A stretch of DNA of 64,000 nucleotides from Stegostoma tigrinum (lineage: Eukaryota). A program made the position numbers and the translations under genes. The notes under the pieces are model-generated. The model was not told the origin of the DNA and did no database searches. It saw only the letters and a program-made list of their open reading frames with translations. Position 1 is the stretch's first letter. Each line of letters opens with the position of its first letter. The stretch covers positions 57,087,909 through 57,151,908 of the forward strand of contig NC_081355.1 of assembly GCF_030684315.1 (NCBI RefSeq). The letters are read 5' to 3'. Positions 1 through 12,616 of the stretch are shown here, one piece after another.

Positions 1-3000
1 TACCACTAATCTCATTTTGTGCAACCTTTCCCACTATAAGTCCATCTCTTGGTTTTTTGTCGATCTTCGATTTGAGGCCTGCTGTTACAATTCTTAGAAG
101 ATCAATTGGGCATGTGTTACATGGCATAAGCTTTAGAAAATGGGGTAGAAAATTTTCTAGGAAACGTGTAGTACCAAAAGGTAGGACAGAAAATATTGGT
201 GAAGATCTTTAGATCTTTTTATTTATTTTCCTGAATTCTAACCCTTTCTTCTCATGATAACATGCAGGTCTTCTCAATCACTAGTTCTGACTGATCACCT
301 CTATGTAAAGAATTTTTTCCTGATATTTCTCCTGAACAAGCCCATCACTCTCTTTAATCTATAACTGTTTGCAGGACTGCCCTTGGGTTTATAAAATCAT
401 TCTTCATTGCACACCTCTCTAACAATAAACTTCATTGGCTGCTCACTACAGCTCTGATTTTCTGTTTGTGCTGTGGTGATCAAAATTATCTGCATCAATC
501 TAGTTGCAGCTTGATGAGTCCATTCAATAGCTTCAGTGCAATGTTTTGGGATTTGAACATAACTAATTGGTCAATAAAACTAACACTTGTGTTTAATCCT
601 GCTTCACAGTGCATATGGTGAGCAATGAGTCAATGAATTTCTTGCAGGTATCTCAAATTTCACACTGGAACATCATATTACTATCCAGCAACTCCTAATT
701 TGAATTTTAACATGAAAGATCATTGTATTTATTCACATAGTAATCAAACGCACAGGCAGAATGCAGTGTCCTGTTGGACATGGAGATAGGTGAGCAGCTG
801 GATTATAACAGATCGTCTGCAATAACATTTTCGGCGAATGGTTCACCCCACTGGTAGGATAGATATTGGCAGTATATCTGAGGACTTTTTGTATAGCAGA
901 CTGGGTACTGGTTTGTGATTTGCTAAACATCACGGCTCCACTGTAAAGACACTTACAAATGAGTTATAAAGATCTCATAGCAAGCCCGTTCCCATTTTGC
1001 CTTTAATAAACTGGAGTTGCAGCAACAAGTGAACAGAGCAATCAGTGGAGTGTAACATTACTGTTAAGCAGGGTTAACTTAATATTATTACAACTTTATT
1101 GTTCTTTTTCAGATTTTTTCCTCTGCTTCGTTCATGCCTTGCAACCACAATGCTGAAATAAAAAAAAATTTTCATTGAGCACTTTCATCTCATTGAGATG
1201 ATATCAGACCAAGCCACATCCAATAATCTGCTCTGAAAACTCTGCTCATATTATGGCAATTAGACAATCTATGACATATTAAATAAGACAACCAACATTC
1301 AAATGAAAAACTCAATTTTCCCTAATTCCTAGTATTAATGGATGCTTCAAAAATTCAGGATCTATATCTATGCCTTCACCAAGAAGGAATTATTTCTTTC
1401 TTAGAATATACCCTAAGTGTACCAACTTTTACTGAAATCTACAACTTTTTTTATTCACACAGCAATGAACAGATTAGCCATGACAATGAACACTACCTTT
1501 CCCACCAGATTCAGACCCAGATGTCAGAGTCCTAACCCCATTTCTGACAGATCTCAGTTTTGCAACAAGGACATGACTTTTATAAGGGAAAACCAAAATC
1601 AGCAAGATCAGTTGAATTCAGTTCTGAGCTTACAGTTCTTCATTTTTATTGTCACAAGGTCTTAAGTTTAAATTTGTGACTGTCACAAATTTAATGAGGT
1701 GCAAAAGTTCGTGAAGGGAAGATGTGATCTATAAAATTGGTAAGCTTTGAAGTTATTAAATGCCTAGTCCTATTAACTTTTGTAAAGAACCTGCTTGTTT
1801 CAGTAAGTTAGGAAAACTCTGCTTTGGCAATTGTACTAACTTTGTGGACATTACCACCAGGTTATCATTATAATGTAATAAAGTTTGGTTGTTTCACAAA
1901 ATCTACCAATTACTGTAACGGGTTTCATAAGCTTGCAGTTTGTTTTCAGAAGGGATTTAAGTATTTGAAAGGCTTTTAAAATTTGAATGGATTTTTATGA
2001 ATGTGAGTATGTTTATAATATAGTGAAAACTGTTGTAGATATTTAAACCTTGATCTTATTTAATCACAATTTGGTTTGTGTGAATACTGGGTGAGTTGGC
2101 ATACAATGTTCAAGGACAAAAAGTGGTGAATAGGTGGTGACATGTGGGCTATTAGGAGTCAGATGGGAAAGCATCAGGTAATGTGGTTGGGATATGAGGT
2201 AGGTGTAGATGGGGTGAGTGGGCTAGAGGACTTGATTTTTAACAAAACCTGAGAACTCTGGAAACAAAAGCCTAGAGAAATAAGGTGGCTACATTATGCA
2301 GGCACTTTCAATCCTCATCTGGGGGCAGCAGGTTTCAGGGCAGATTCTTTTCCTTCATTATAGAGGTCAGAAATGTTACATTAGAAAGTTTTCACTTTGT
2401 GCAATCAATTAAAATATGTTGCAGCCTGTGCTGGATTTTGCAGTCATCAGATAAGAAATAGCATTTGCTGTTAATTACACTTACAGGTTCCCAAATTCTT
2501 TGAAGGCTTTTGAGCAGCAATTTATGGTTTCTATAAATTCTTTCAAACATGGCACCCTCAAAGTCCTGTAATAAGACAAGAGACAACATGGCTCCAGGTA
2601 AGGGAGACAGTTATCAACAAACTTATTGAGCTCTTTTGAAGAAACAACCTGCCAAGGGGGAGCTAGCACACGTGCAACACACCCAGATCTCTAGAAGACA
2701 CCTTAAAGGATAGCATCAAAATATTTAACTTATTTATCTACTTCCTGTGAGTGAACTAGCTCCCGTCCATTGCCCAAACTCTATTAAACCTGAAAGTGAG
2801 TATGCTGGAGATTTTATTTTGCAATTTTTAAAAAAGTTTTAACATCTCACTGAACAACAATCTACCTGTTTTTAAACTGAAAAATCAGCCTGCAGAGTCT
2901 GAACCAGGAATTGTAATTAAGAATGTTTAATTGATTATGAAATCATGTGCAGAAAGGAAAGAGAACTATCGAACAAGGCAGAGTTACAAACAAGTAAAAT

Positions 3001-4289
3001 GTAAAAGTTTAATTTTTGAAAAAATCCGAAACAGTGATTTCATTCCGAAAGAATCAAACGCTGCACTAAAGTTTGCAGTATCAGAGCCTTTCTTTGGTAG
3101 TAAAGAAAACTTATTACACTAGTCAAATTTCACTTATACCTAAATGCATTAGCACTAACTTTTTTCTTAGTTGGTGAATTGTTAGCTATTTGCTAAGCAC
3201 AGTAATTTCACTATATAGGTGCTGGTGCACTGTTTGTGGAGGAGCAGGGAAGAAACAAACTAGACTGCAACTTCCAGATTCCTGCATTTAACTTTGCACT
3301 TGCTGGCTCTGGAACATTTTCACCAGTTAATTATTCACTTGATAAGATTTGGTACATCAGTGGCTAAAGGCAAGTGGTAAAATAAATTAGACCAGGCACA
3401 CTTAAGTTAAAAGGCACTTCCATTTTTAGCCACATGATGGTGCAACTAGATGGAGAAATGCATTGAATCAGTTTCTTGAATTCCAGATGCAATGGTACAC
3501 ATGATATATTTCTGCACACATACATAGGGAATAAGAAAGCAAATGGTACAGTCAGAAAATAAGAACAACACTAGTTTATAAAGGTAATTTTCTCTGAAAA
3601 GGATGATAATTTCCCATTAAAAACTGTGCCATCACTATAAAATGGCCATCATATAGCTTCTCTCAATTATCATCACAATGTCAGCCACCGTTTCAGAAGT
3701 TATTCCAACGGAGCAGAAATTATTGAAAGATCATGTACAGGTAATGGTACCATAGTGTTGTGTTACCTTTGCAACTTTGTTTATACTAGATCAATAAAAT
3801 TTACATGCTTCACTTAAAGTGTTTAAGCAAAGATTGTTGAGCAGAAAAGCCAAAAATCAAATCATGTTAAAAATTCAGGGTCTGATTCAAATATATTCAT
3901 GTGAAATTCATGCAGTAAACTACCCATTTCCCTCTGCATCTCAGTTCCAAAATCTCTTGCCGTTTAGACAGGAAGAATTTTTTAAAAATAACATGCTAAC
4001 AAAATGAACAATTTCACATTTCTCACATAATATTCCATTTGCCAGATCTTTACCCACTCACTTGACTTATCAAGATATTGTTGGAGCTTCCTTATGTCAT
4101 TTTTACAACTTACTTTGCTACCTAGCTTTGTATCATCAGCAAACTTAGCAACCATAGCTTCTGTTTATTCATCCAGGTCATTTATATAAATTATAAACAA
4201 TGAAGCCCCAGAACTAGTTCCTCTGATGAAGGTCAGGGGAATCTACATGTTAGCTGGATCAAAATGAATCCCTTCAACACTATGCAATA

Positions 4290-4468
4290 AACAAATTATT
4301 TAGTCTGGTATCAAACGGTTTGTTCGACATTACCCCGTGTTTACTAGCCGTCATGTTTGCTCACATTGCTATAGTGTCTACACTTCAAAAACATTCCATT
4401 GACTGTATGAAGATTTTGGACATCTTAAAGACATGAAAATTTTACATGAATGCCATATTTCTTTCTAT
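4290..4468 (+). mobile_element. Old Deu-type SINE (AmnSINE1/SacSINE1-like) 3' fragment
   Basis: Contains ...CATTGCTATAGTGTCTACACTTCAAAAACATTCCATTGACTGTA...TTTGGACATC...ATGAAA...TTTCTTTCT, resembling the AmnSINE1-type tail recalled from consensus. Confidence 0.5.
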
Positions 4469-4789
4469 GTAATTGTTTTTAGTATGGACATGCATATGGA
4501 TCAGCAATGGGACAAATGGGGAGGTGGGGTTTGGATTTTAGTCTCCATAATGGGAAAGACTTGAATTCTTAAAATGGAAAACTGATCCAATCCATCATAG
4601 ACTCGTTGTTTCTGATTTAACGGTGGTGTATCAGGTCAGCAAATCGTGGGGTGACTAAGCAATTATAACATTTAAATGAGATTATGTTCATATATATCCT
4701 TTGTGATTGCTCTCTCTGCCTCTTCCACACACCCACCTCCAAAAATAATCACGTTGCCTCCAACTCCCTGCCACCATTTCCTGACAATG

Positions 4790-5715
4790 TGAGAAAATAT
4801 GAATGAAAAATATCAAATGATGAACTGCCCTCAAATTCAACAAACATGTCTAGTGCTTTACAGGGTCAGTATGAAACAAGACACAACAGTAAGTTAACTA
4901 AGGAGATATCTGACAGCAGATCAATAAAAACGGTTTTAAGAAATAACTTAAAAAGTTAGAAGTAAGATTGCAATTTAGTGTGGAATAACCAGCATTTATG
5001 GCCAAGAAATTGAAGACATGACATTAGTGGTGAGGAAAGTAAAATCAGGGATGCTCAACAGGGCAAAAATAATGAATGTATTTACTTTAGAGGTTTTGCA
5101 GAGAAACAGAACAGTGAGGCAATGTAGGGATTTGAAACAAGAATAAGAATATCAAAATCAAAGCAGGGTCTAGGCCCGAAACATCAGCTTTTGTGTTCCT
5201 AAGATGCTGCTTGGCCTGCTGCGTTCATCCAGCTCCACACTTTGTTATCTCAGATTCTCCAGCATTTTCAGTTTCCATCATCACTGCATAACCACAACCC
5301 AGTTTAGGTCAGCAAACAAACAATGATGGTGAATGCAAACTAGCTTATGCTAGGGCACAGATAGCTTTGGATGACTGCACATTTATGGAAGCTGGCCAGA
5401 AGTGCTTTGAAATGTTCAAATTTGGAGGTAACAAAAGCATGGATGAAGTCTTCAGCAGCAGATAAGTTGGAACAGGGTTAGAGTTAGATGTTACAGAGGT
5501 GGAAATAGGCAGGCTTTGTGATAGTATCAGTATATGGTAGGAAGTTGGAGTCAAATAAGACACCGAAGTTGTGAAGTGTGGTTCAGCTTCAGGCAGTTGT
5601 TAGGGACAGGGATGCAGTGTCTAAGGATTGGGGTTTGCAACAGAAACTGCAGACAATGGCTTCAATTTTCCAATATTTAACTGCAGTAAATTTCTGTTCA
5701 TCTAGTATTGAGGTT
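4790..5715 (-). mobile_element. Degraded L2-like LINE fragment, interrupted by a Penelope pLTR at 5166-5286
   Basis: Reverse strand gives decayed L2 RT C-terminal motifs (..HAFVTSKFEH..). Confidence 0.45.
5166..5286 (+). mobile_element. Solo Penelope-like pLTR fragment with tail, 5'-truncated inside the hammerhead
   Basis: GGGTCTAGGCCCGAAACATCAGCTTTTGTG...GATGCTGCTTGGCCTGCTG...GTTATCTCAGATTCTCCAGCA; same family as the 3' end of the PLE at 12617-14075. Confidence 0.8.
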
Positions 5716-5717
5716 TA

Positions 5718-7046
5718 CAATAGGCAATAGACAATAGGTGCAGGAGTAGGCCATTTGGCTCTTTGAGCCAGCACCACCATTCATTATGATCATGGCTGAT
5801 CATCCACAATCAGTGTTCTGTTCCTGCCTTAACCCCATAACCCTTGATTCCACTATCTTTAAGAGCTCTACCCATCTCTTTCTTGAAAGTATCCAGAGAC
5901 TTGGCCTCCACTGCCTTCTGGGGCAGAGCATTCCATATATCCACCACTCTCTGGGTGAAGAAGTTTTTCCTCAACTGTTCGAAATAGCTGACCCCTTACT
6001 TTTAAACTGTGTCCTCTGGTTCTGGACTCACCCATCAGCGGAAACATGCTCCCTGCCTCCAGAGTGTCCAAACCCTTAAAAATCTTATACGTCTCAATCA
6101 GATCCCCTCTCATCCTTCTAAACTCGAGTGTATACAAGTCCAGTCGCTCCAATCTTTCAACATATGATAGTCCCACCATTTCGGGAATTGACCTTGTGAA
6201 CCTACGCTGCACTCCCTCAAAAGCAAGAATGTCCTTCCTCAAATTTGAAGACCAAAACTGCACACAATACTCCAGATGCAGTCTCGCCAGGGCCCTGTAC
6301 AGCTGCAGAAGGACCTCTTTGCTCCTATGCTCAATTCCTCTTGTTACGAAGGCCAGGATGCCATTTGCTTTCTTCACTGCCTGCTGTACCTGCATGCTTG
6401 CCTTCTTTGACTGATGTACAAGAACACCTAGATCTCGTTGTACTTCCCCTTTACCTAACTTGACTCCATTTAGATAGTAATCTGCCTTCCCGTTCTTGCC
6501 ACCAAAGTGGATAACCACACATTTATCCACATTAAACTGCATCTGCCATGCATCCGTCCACTCATCTAACCTGTCCAAGTCACCCTGTATTCTCATAAAA
6601 TGTTCCTCACATTTCACACTGCCACCCAGCTCTGTGTCATCAGCAAATTTGTTAATATTACTTTTAATGCCTTCATCTATATCATTAATATATATTGTAA
6701 ACAGCTGCAGTCCCAACACCGAACCTTGTGGTACCCCACTCATCACCACCTGCCATTCCGAAAGGGACCCGTTTATCACTACTCTTTGCTTCCTGTCAGT
6801 CAGCCAATTTTCAATCCAAGTCTATATTTTGCCCCCAATACCATGTGCCCTAATTTTGCTCACTAATGTCCTATGTGGGACTTTATCAAAGGCTTTCTGA
6901 AAGTCCAGGTACACCACATCCACTGGCTCTTCCTTGTCCACCTTCATAGTTACATCCTCAAAAAATTCCAGAAGATTAGTCAAGCACGATTTCCCCTTCG
7001 TAAATCCATGCTGACTCTGACCTATCCTGTTACTGTTATCCAAATG
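5718..7046 (-). mobile_element. 5'-truncated CR1 LINE, RT domain to 3' UTR, relatively young
   Basis: ORFs 6822-7046 and 5868-6779 are one frame split by a single stop: QHGFTKGKSCLTNLLEFF, VYLDFQKAFDKVPH, SGVPQGSVLG, FADDT, HLEYCVQFWS, LEFRRMRGDLIE. Short tandem tail at 5718-5737. Confidence 0.95.
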
Positions 7047-7367
7047 AGTCGTATAAGTTGAATAAGTAATTTGATCATTTAAAGGCAGTGGAGAGTTCCG
7101 GGGTGGTGGTGAGTTAAGACTGGATATCAAAGTACATGTGGAAATTGATGCTGGGTTTTTAGATTCAGAAGACACTGCTTCATTCCCTATATCACAATAA
7201 GTTAACTTGTTCCCTTCGTTCCTTCCTTCCTCCCTCTCCATCTACATTTGGGACAATGTCTCAAAATGGTCATACACTTACTGCTTGTGCTAAAATTAAA
7301 TAGTCTAATTCATGCTTTTGCAAATATATAAATACAAATAGACTAAGAGAGGAATTTCTGCACAACT

Positions 7368-7890
7368 TTGGAGTAATCCATTCACAGCCCTTCAAGTCTG
7401 CCTCATCATTCAATTTCATGGTTGATTATCTACCTCAGTGCCATTTTCCTGAACTATCTTTGTGTCCCTTGATATCATTAGTAACTAGAAATCTATCAGA
7501 CTCTCTCTTGAACTTGCATGATGGCTGAGCTTCCACAGTTCTTCAAATGCAGATTTCCAAAGATTTACCACCCTATGAGAAGTTCTTTCTTATCACACCC
7601 TAAATGACTTGCCTTTGTTTGAGACCTCAAGGCCAGGGGAAGCATCAACCCTTTCTCTAGTCTGTCCTGCCTGTCAGAATTTTATAAATTTCTACATTGC
7701 CTCTTGTTCTTCTAAATTTCAAAGATTCTAGTCTCCTGAATCTCTCCCAATTGGAAAGTGCGACTATGCCAAGAATTAGTCTGGTGAACCTTCATCGCAG
7801 TCCAACTATGGCAAGGATATCCCTTCCTTTGGCCATGAGACCAGACTGCACACAAGACTCTGGGTGTGGTCTCATCAGTGCTCCCCACTG
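7368..7890 (-). mobile_element. Old CR1 3' fragment
   Basis: Decayed paralogue of 5740-6290 (GGAGTA..CCATTCACAGCCCTTCAAGTCTG..., CTGGTGAACCTTC, GACCAGACTGCACACAAGACTC). Confidence 0.65.
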
Positions 7891-8679
7891 ATCATAGCCT
7901 TCCAACCTAAGACAGACCCATTTTAAACATCGTCAACTACAACTCAGTGCATTGTTTTACACTGAAGTGATTTAATTTATTTTATAACACAATGTCCCAG
8001 ATTTTGTCAGTGCACTTTATATTTATATGCATACTGCTGTGCACAGCTTTTTGAGAGTCTTTGCACAGCAATACATATTCATCAGGAGACAAGATAGGAT
8101 GCCTTCTCTGCACAGAATCAGAAATTTGTGTAAACAGGGAAACCAATAGATTGCATCTTCAACTAATTAGCAATTCTTGCTGAGACAAACACTGGACCAC
8201 AGACTACATGGACATGGTAATCCAGGTACCCCCAGAGCAACCAATACTTATTGTCAACTGTAAAGACCTCTACTGAATCAATACATTGTTGACATGCAAC
8301 CACAAAAAAGAATTTCATGCAAGTGTGCACAAGGTTCCCACACAACTGCTATTATGTTCTCATCTGGCTACAGTTCAAGACCCCAATCTCCTTGCACCTG
8401 GAAGCAAGCTCAAGGGCTGGATGCCTCGAGTCTACTAGGCAAGAAAGATACTCATTGCAAACTTCGTTCATGCCACCTAACAGAAAGTTGTCTAATGAAG
8501 CCCAACAATCTAGCAATGAACTTCATAGATATGCCAGATGAGTGCTGGAACAGGCCAGCAGTGTCCTCAAAGGCACTTTTGGTCAGAAATGCTTATGGGA
8601 AAAACTCAAAAGGACAAAATTAATGGTCACATGGGCACATGAAGATTAACTAAGGGAAGTTAGTACAGAGAAAAAAATA

Positions 8680-10565
8680 ATGTTTAACTAATGTGCTGGA
8701 GTTTTTGGGTGAAACAAGAGAGAGGGTTGCCAAGGGCAATGCTATTGACGTGGTATACAAGGATTTTCAAAAGGCATTTGATAAAGTTTGCACAACAGAC
8801 TTAGGAACAAACTGTTATAATCCCACTTAATGTTGCAGCATGGACAAGTAAGAACTCAGTAAAATCTAGCGTGATAGATTTTCTTTTATTTAATGCGGTG
8901 GTCTTTCACTGAAACATTGGCACACTAGGCTGTAGATATTATTTTTAAACAACCAAACATTCCACATAAAAACAGTTTGAAATGTTTCAAAACAAATGGC
9001 AAAACAAAATCCTATCTATTCCCCAACATTATTGCCACACTATTACTCCAAAACTCCAGAGAAATTTATTCCCTGCTAAATCAGTACATTTGACTTCGTT
9101 TGTTATCAATTCCAATTCTATGAACTGTGAAGTCTTCTTTCGTGATTTCTCACACAACTGAGACTTTCTCAGCTTTAAATAACCAATGCAGGTTTTTGTA
9201 ACCATCACTGGTCTGGAAGTTTCACAAAGTAAAGTCTTCTACTTAAGTAACTTAGTCCCTTAGTTGCTCTGAACAATTTCAAAACTATACCGGCATCTAA
9301 TTCAGATCTCCTTGAACTGCCTAAAGGCTTTCCAATTCCTAGATTTCTCTAAGCTAAGGTCAAGCCTTGTTTATTCAAAACTGCAAAGCAAGCAAAATCT
9401 TTAACGTTTCCGCTTTACTTCTGTAAACCTCCATAATATTAAAAAACCTTCCATTAACACTCCAGAAGACCTTAAAGATCTGTACTTGCAGACACATACT
9501 GGTTTACAATTATGGTTCTGACCAAGTTAATTTTAAATTGCTTCACACCTACGTGCTCCCAGATTAAAGCCCAACGTCTAAAGATGATATTGAATATAAT
9601 TCACACTCCTTTTAACACAAAGTTTAACTCATGAATTGAAAAGGAACATTGACATTATGGATACAAAACTAACTGGACAACAGGAAACAGAATGTCATCC
9701 TTTGTGGATGTTTATCAGACTGACGGAAGAGGACACTTGCTGTTACTGATAGATTTAATAACTTAAACCTTAGTATACAGAACATAATTTCAAAATGTAC
9801 AGGTAACATGAAAACTGGAAGCATTCGGAACTATAAGATGGACGGTGTAGAACTTCAGAAGGATAAAGGCAAGTTGGTGAAATAGTCAGGTAAGCGTAAT
9901 ATGAGGACAAATGCAAGAACAATACAAAATAAAGGAGCAGGTTAAGAGATACAGCATCTTAGATTTAGTATGGGTACAGAATACAAAAGCAAGGTGGTTA
10001 TGTAAAATTTGTATAAAATTTCGGTTCAGCCTCAACTCGAGTTCTGCCTGTAGTTTTTAGGAGAAATGTGAAGTCATTATAGCAAGTGTGGTAAAAATTG
10101 AGGAGAACACTTCCAGGGACGAGAAGTTTCAGTTATGTAAATGGATGGGAGAAGTTGGGGCTGTTTTCCTTAGAGAATAGATGGTTAGGGGAAATTTGAC
10201 AGAAGTATATGTATCACGAGGAATCTGCATAGACTGAGTAAGTGAGAAACTGTTCTTGTTGGGGAAATCATCAAGACCAAGAGGACAGAGACTTAAAATA
10301 ACTGGCCAAAAGAAACAATGGAGACATAAGGAAAAATATTTGCATGTAGCATGTGGTTGTGCTTTGAAATGCATTGCCTGAGACTGAATGTGCAGGTAAG
10401 ACATCAGCGTGAGTTAGGAGGGAATTAGATTATCTGACAAGGAAGTTGTGGGGCTATAGAGGTAAGGTTGGGAAGTGGCACTAGGTAAATAGCTTCATCA
10501 GACAGCAAGCACAGATAGAACAGGCTGAATGACCTCTTTTTGTGCTGTAGCCTTTTTGTGATTCT
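8680..10565 (+). mobile_element. Old CR1 RT/3' fragment split by a solo LTR
   Basis: GATTTTCAAAAGGCATTTGATAAAG (DFQKAFDK) before 8812, resuming at 9618 and running to a CR1-like 3' UTR near 10560. Confidence 0.65.
8813..9617. mobile_element. Putative solo LTR
   Basis: Starts TGTTA and ends TAACA (inverted TG...CA termini). Flanked by CAAAC/CAAAG (5-bp TSD, one mismatch) and cleanly interrupts a CR1 reading frame. Confidence 0.6.
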
Positions 10566-10994
10566 GCAATGCCTGGACAGAGCCATGAAACACTTTTTGG
10601 TACATGTCACTTAGGTTTTCCAGAATAATTGTGGTTTGCTGTACTTTGCATATTTGGCAACACCCAGTAGGTGGGAAAAGTGGATGATAGGAATATTTGC
10701 ATTCAATTGTTCACAATTTTGCCAAGGATGCCTTATTAATATAAGGTTTGCTTAAGTTGTGCCACTGCATCCCATGCTACCAATAAATACCACATCCATT
10801 CTTTGCCCAATGGCATTGGCAAACATCTGCCAACCAGACATCTTCCCCTCCATCAATTGAAATACTCACATTCATCAGTAAGCAACATAGGAGACCATTG
10901 TCCATCACGAGCAAGAATTTGCCAGATGGGAGAATGGCAAAAAATAACATTTGTGACATCTAAGTAAACAATAAACACTTAACACAAAATGTTT

Positions 10995-11605
10995 TCAGAT
11001 TCCATCTAATATTTTTAAAGAGGTAACAAGAATATTTGATGAGGTTAAGGTGGTTGATGTGTCACACTGGGACTTACAAAAGGCATTTGCTGAAGTACGA
11101 GAATTACTAGCAAAGTTGAAAGATGTGGAGTGAAAATGGCAGCACGGACAGGAAGTTGACTGAGTGACAGGAAACACAGGAATGGTGTTGGACTGTTGTC
11201 TTTTTTTGGACTGTAAGAAATATACTTTGGGTTCCCCAGGGGTTGACACTAGGACACTGCTTTTCTTGAAATATACTAATGATGGGTTTCCTCTGGTTTC
11301 CTCCCATAGTCCAAAGATGCGTAGGCTAGGTGGATTGGCGATGCTACATTGCCCGTACTCATGGATGTTTAAATTAGGTTGGTTAGACATGAAGAAATAC
11401 AGGGGTAGGGGAATGGTTCTGGGTGGGATGCTCTTCAGAGGGGTGGTGTGGACTTGTTGGGCCGAATGGCCTGATCCCATACTGTAGGGATTCTATGATT
11501 TGGAGTTGAGTACTCAGGGTAAAATTTTAAAATTCACAGATAACATACAAACTGAAAGTATCACAAATTGGGTAGAAGATTCTGATAGATTTTCAAAAGG
11601 ACACT
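10995..11605 (+). mobile_element. Old CR1 RT fragment carrying an inserted partial HE1-like V-SINE (11283-11499)
   Basis: GACTTACAAAAGGCATTTG and GGGTTCCCCAGGG (CR1 RT motifs). Insert has GGTTTCCTCCCATAGTCCAAAGATG...GGTGGATTGGC..ATGCTA core and CTGTAGGGATTCTATGATT tail. Confidence 0.65.
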
Positions 11606-12616
11606 GTTGGGAAAATCTAATTCAAATTTAAGAATATAACTTTTAGTTTAAGGAATAAAGCTTTCCAAATTAGATAAACCAGGTTAGGAAATTGATAGAC
11701 ATTTAAAAGCACATCAAATAGTTTAGGCTTAATTAATCTGCTTATCTTACAAAAACAAAACTCCGCTAGCAAGATAAACTATTCGTAAGAATCACAGAAT
11801 TATGGAGTAACACTGAAGATAATATAATTTGTTTAGAATCCCAAAGTGTTGTTGCCATACAGATAGTGAATCACGGTGGAGTCTTGGTTAGAAGGATACT
11901 TTGCCTAATTCATCCACTGCCTGCCTGAAATAATCCATTCAATTCGGGGAAATAAGAGAAGCAGTTACAGCTTTATTTTGGTGTAGACTGGATCTCACCA
12001 AACTGAGGGAGCCAACAGGGGATGATAGATGGGCGTAAAATGCAAGTAGAAAACAAAATATAACTCATCATTCAGTCTGTGGAATATTGAGTGAGATTCT
12101 CAGTTTGGATTTGTAAGGGGAAAGCAGCTGGAAGATGCATTCTAGCTTGCAACTAGGGGAACAAATTTATAATGGTCCTCATAGACCCCTGTAGCAGAAA
12201 GCAGTCAGAGTCAGCTTAGATGCCACTCTTCTAAAAGCCGGTTTTTGAGTGCCAGAGAGATTAGTAGGCAGTATTTATGGTTAATCATATTATTGCAAAC
12301 TAACTTGAATGAACTGTACATAACCTTGTACCAGAGATAATAGGAACTGCAGACGCTGGAGAATCCGAGATAACAAGGTTGTGTGGGGTGAATTGCGGAA
12401 AACAGCCAGGAAATAGTCAGCATTCGAGATGTTCTCCAAATCAGTTTGCTGTGTGATGTTATGACAAACATTCCGGAGCCTGCAAGGTTTCAACCCATGT
12501 ATCCCAGCTCAGAGGCAGGGACTCTACACCTGCACAAGAGGAAGATGCCGCAAAAAAAATTCTGACGAAGGCCCAAAACATCAGGTTTCCTGCTCCTAAG
12601 ATGCTGCAAAAAAACC

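Noticed and set aside
4222-4255. CTGATGAAGG as another hammerhead
   Set aside because: No paired stem II or GAAA box follows; at most a very decayed remnant.
6046-6900. Plus-strand ORFs of 122 and 134 aa
   Set aside because: Antisense shadows of the CR1 RT frame.
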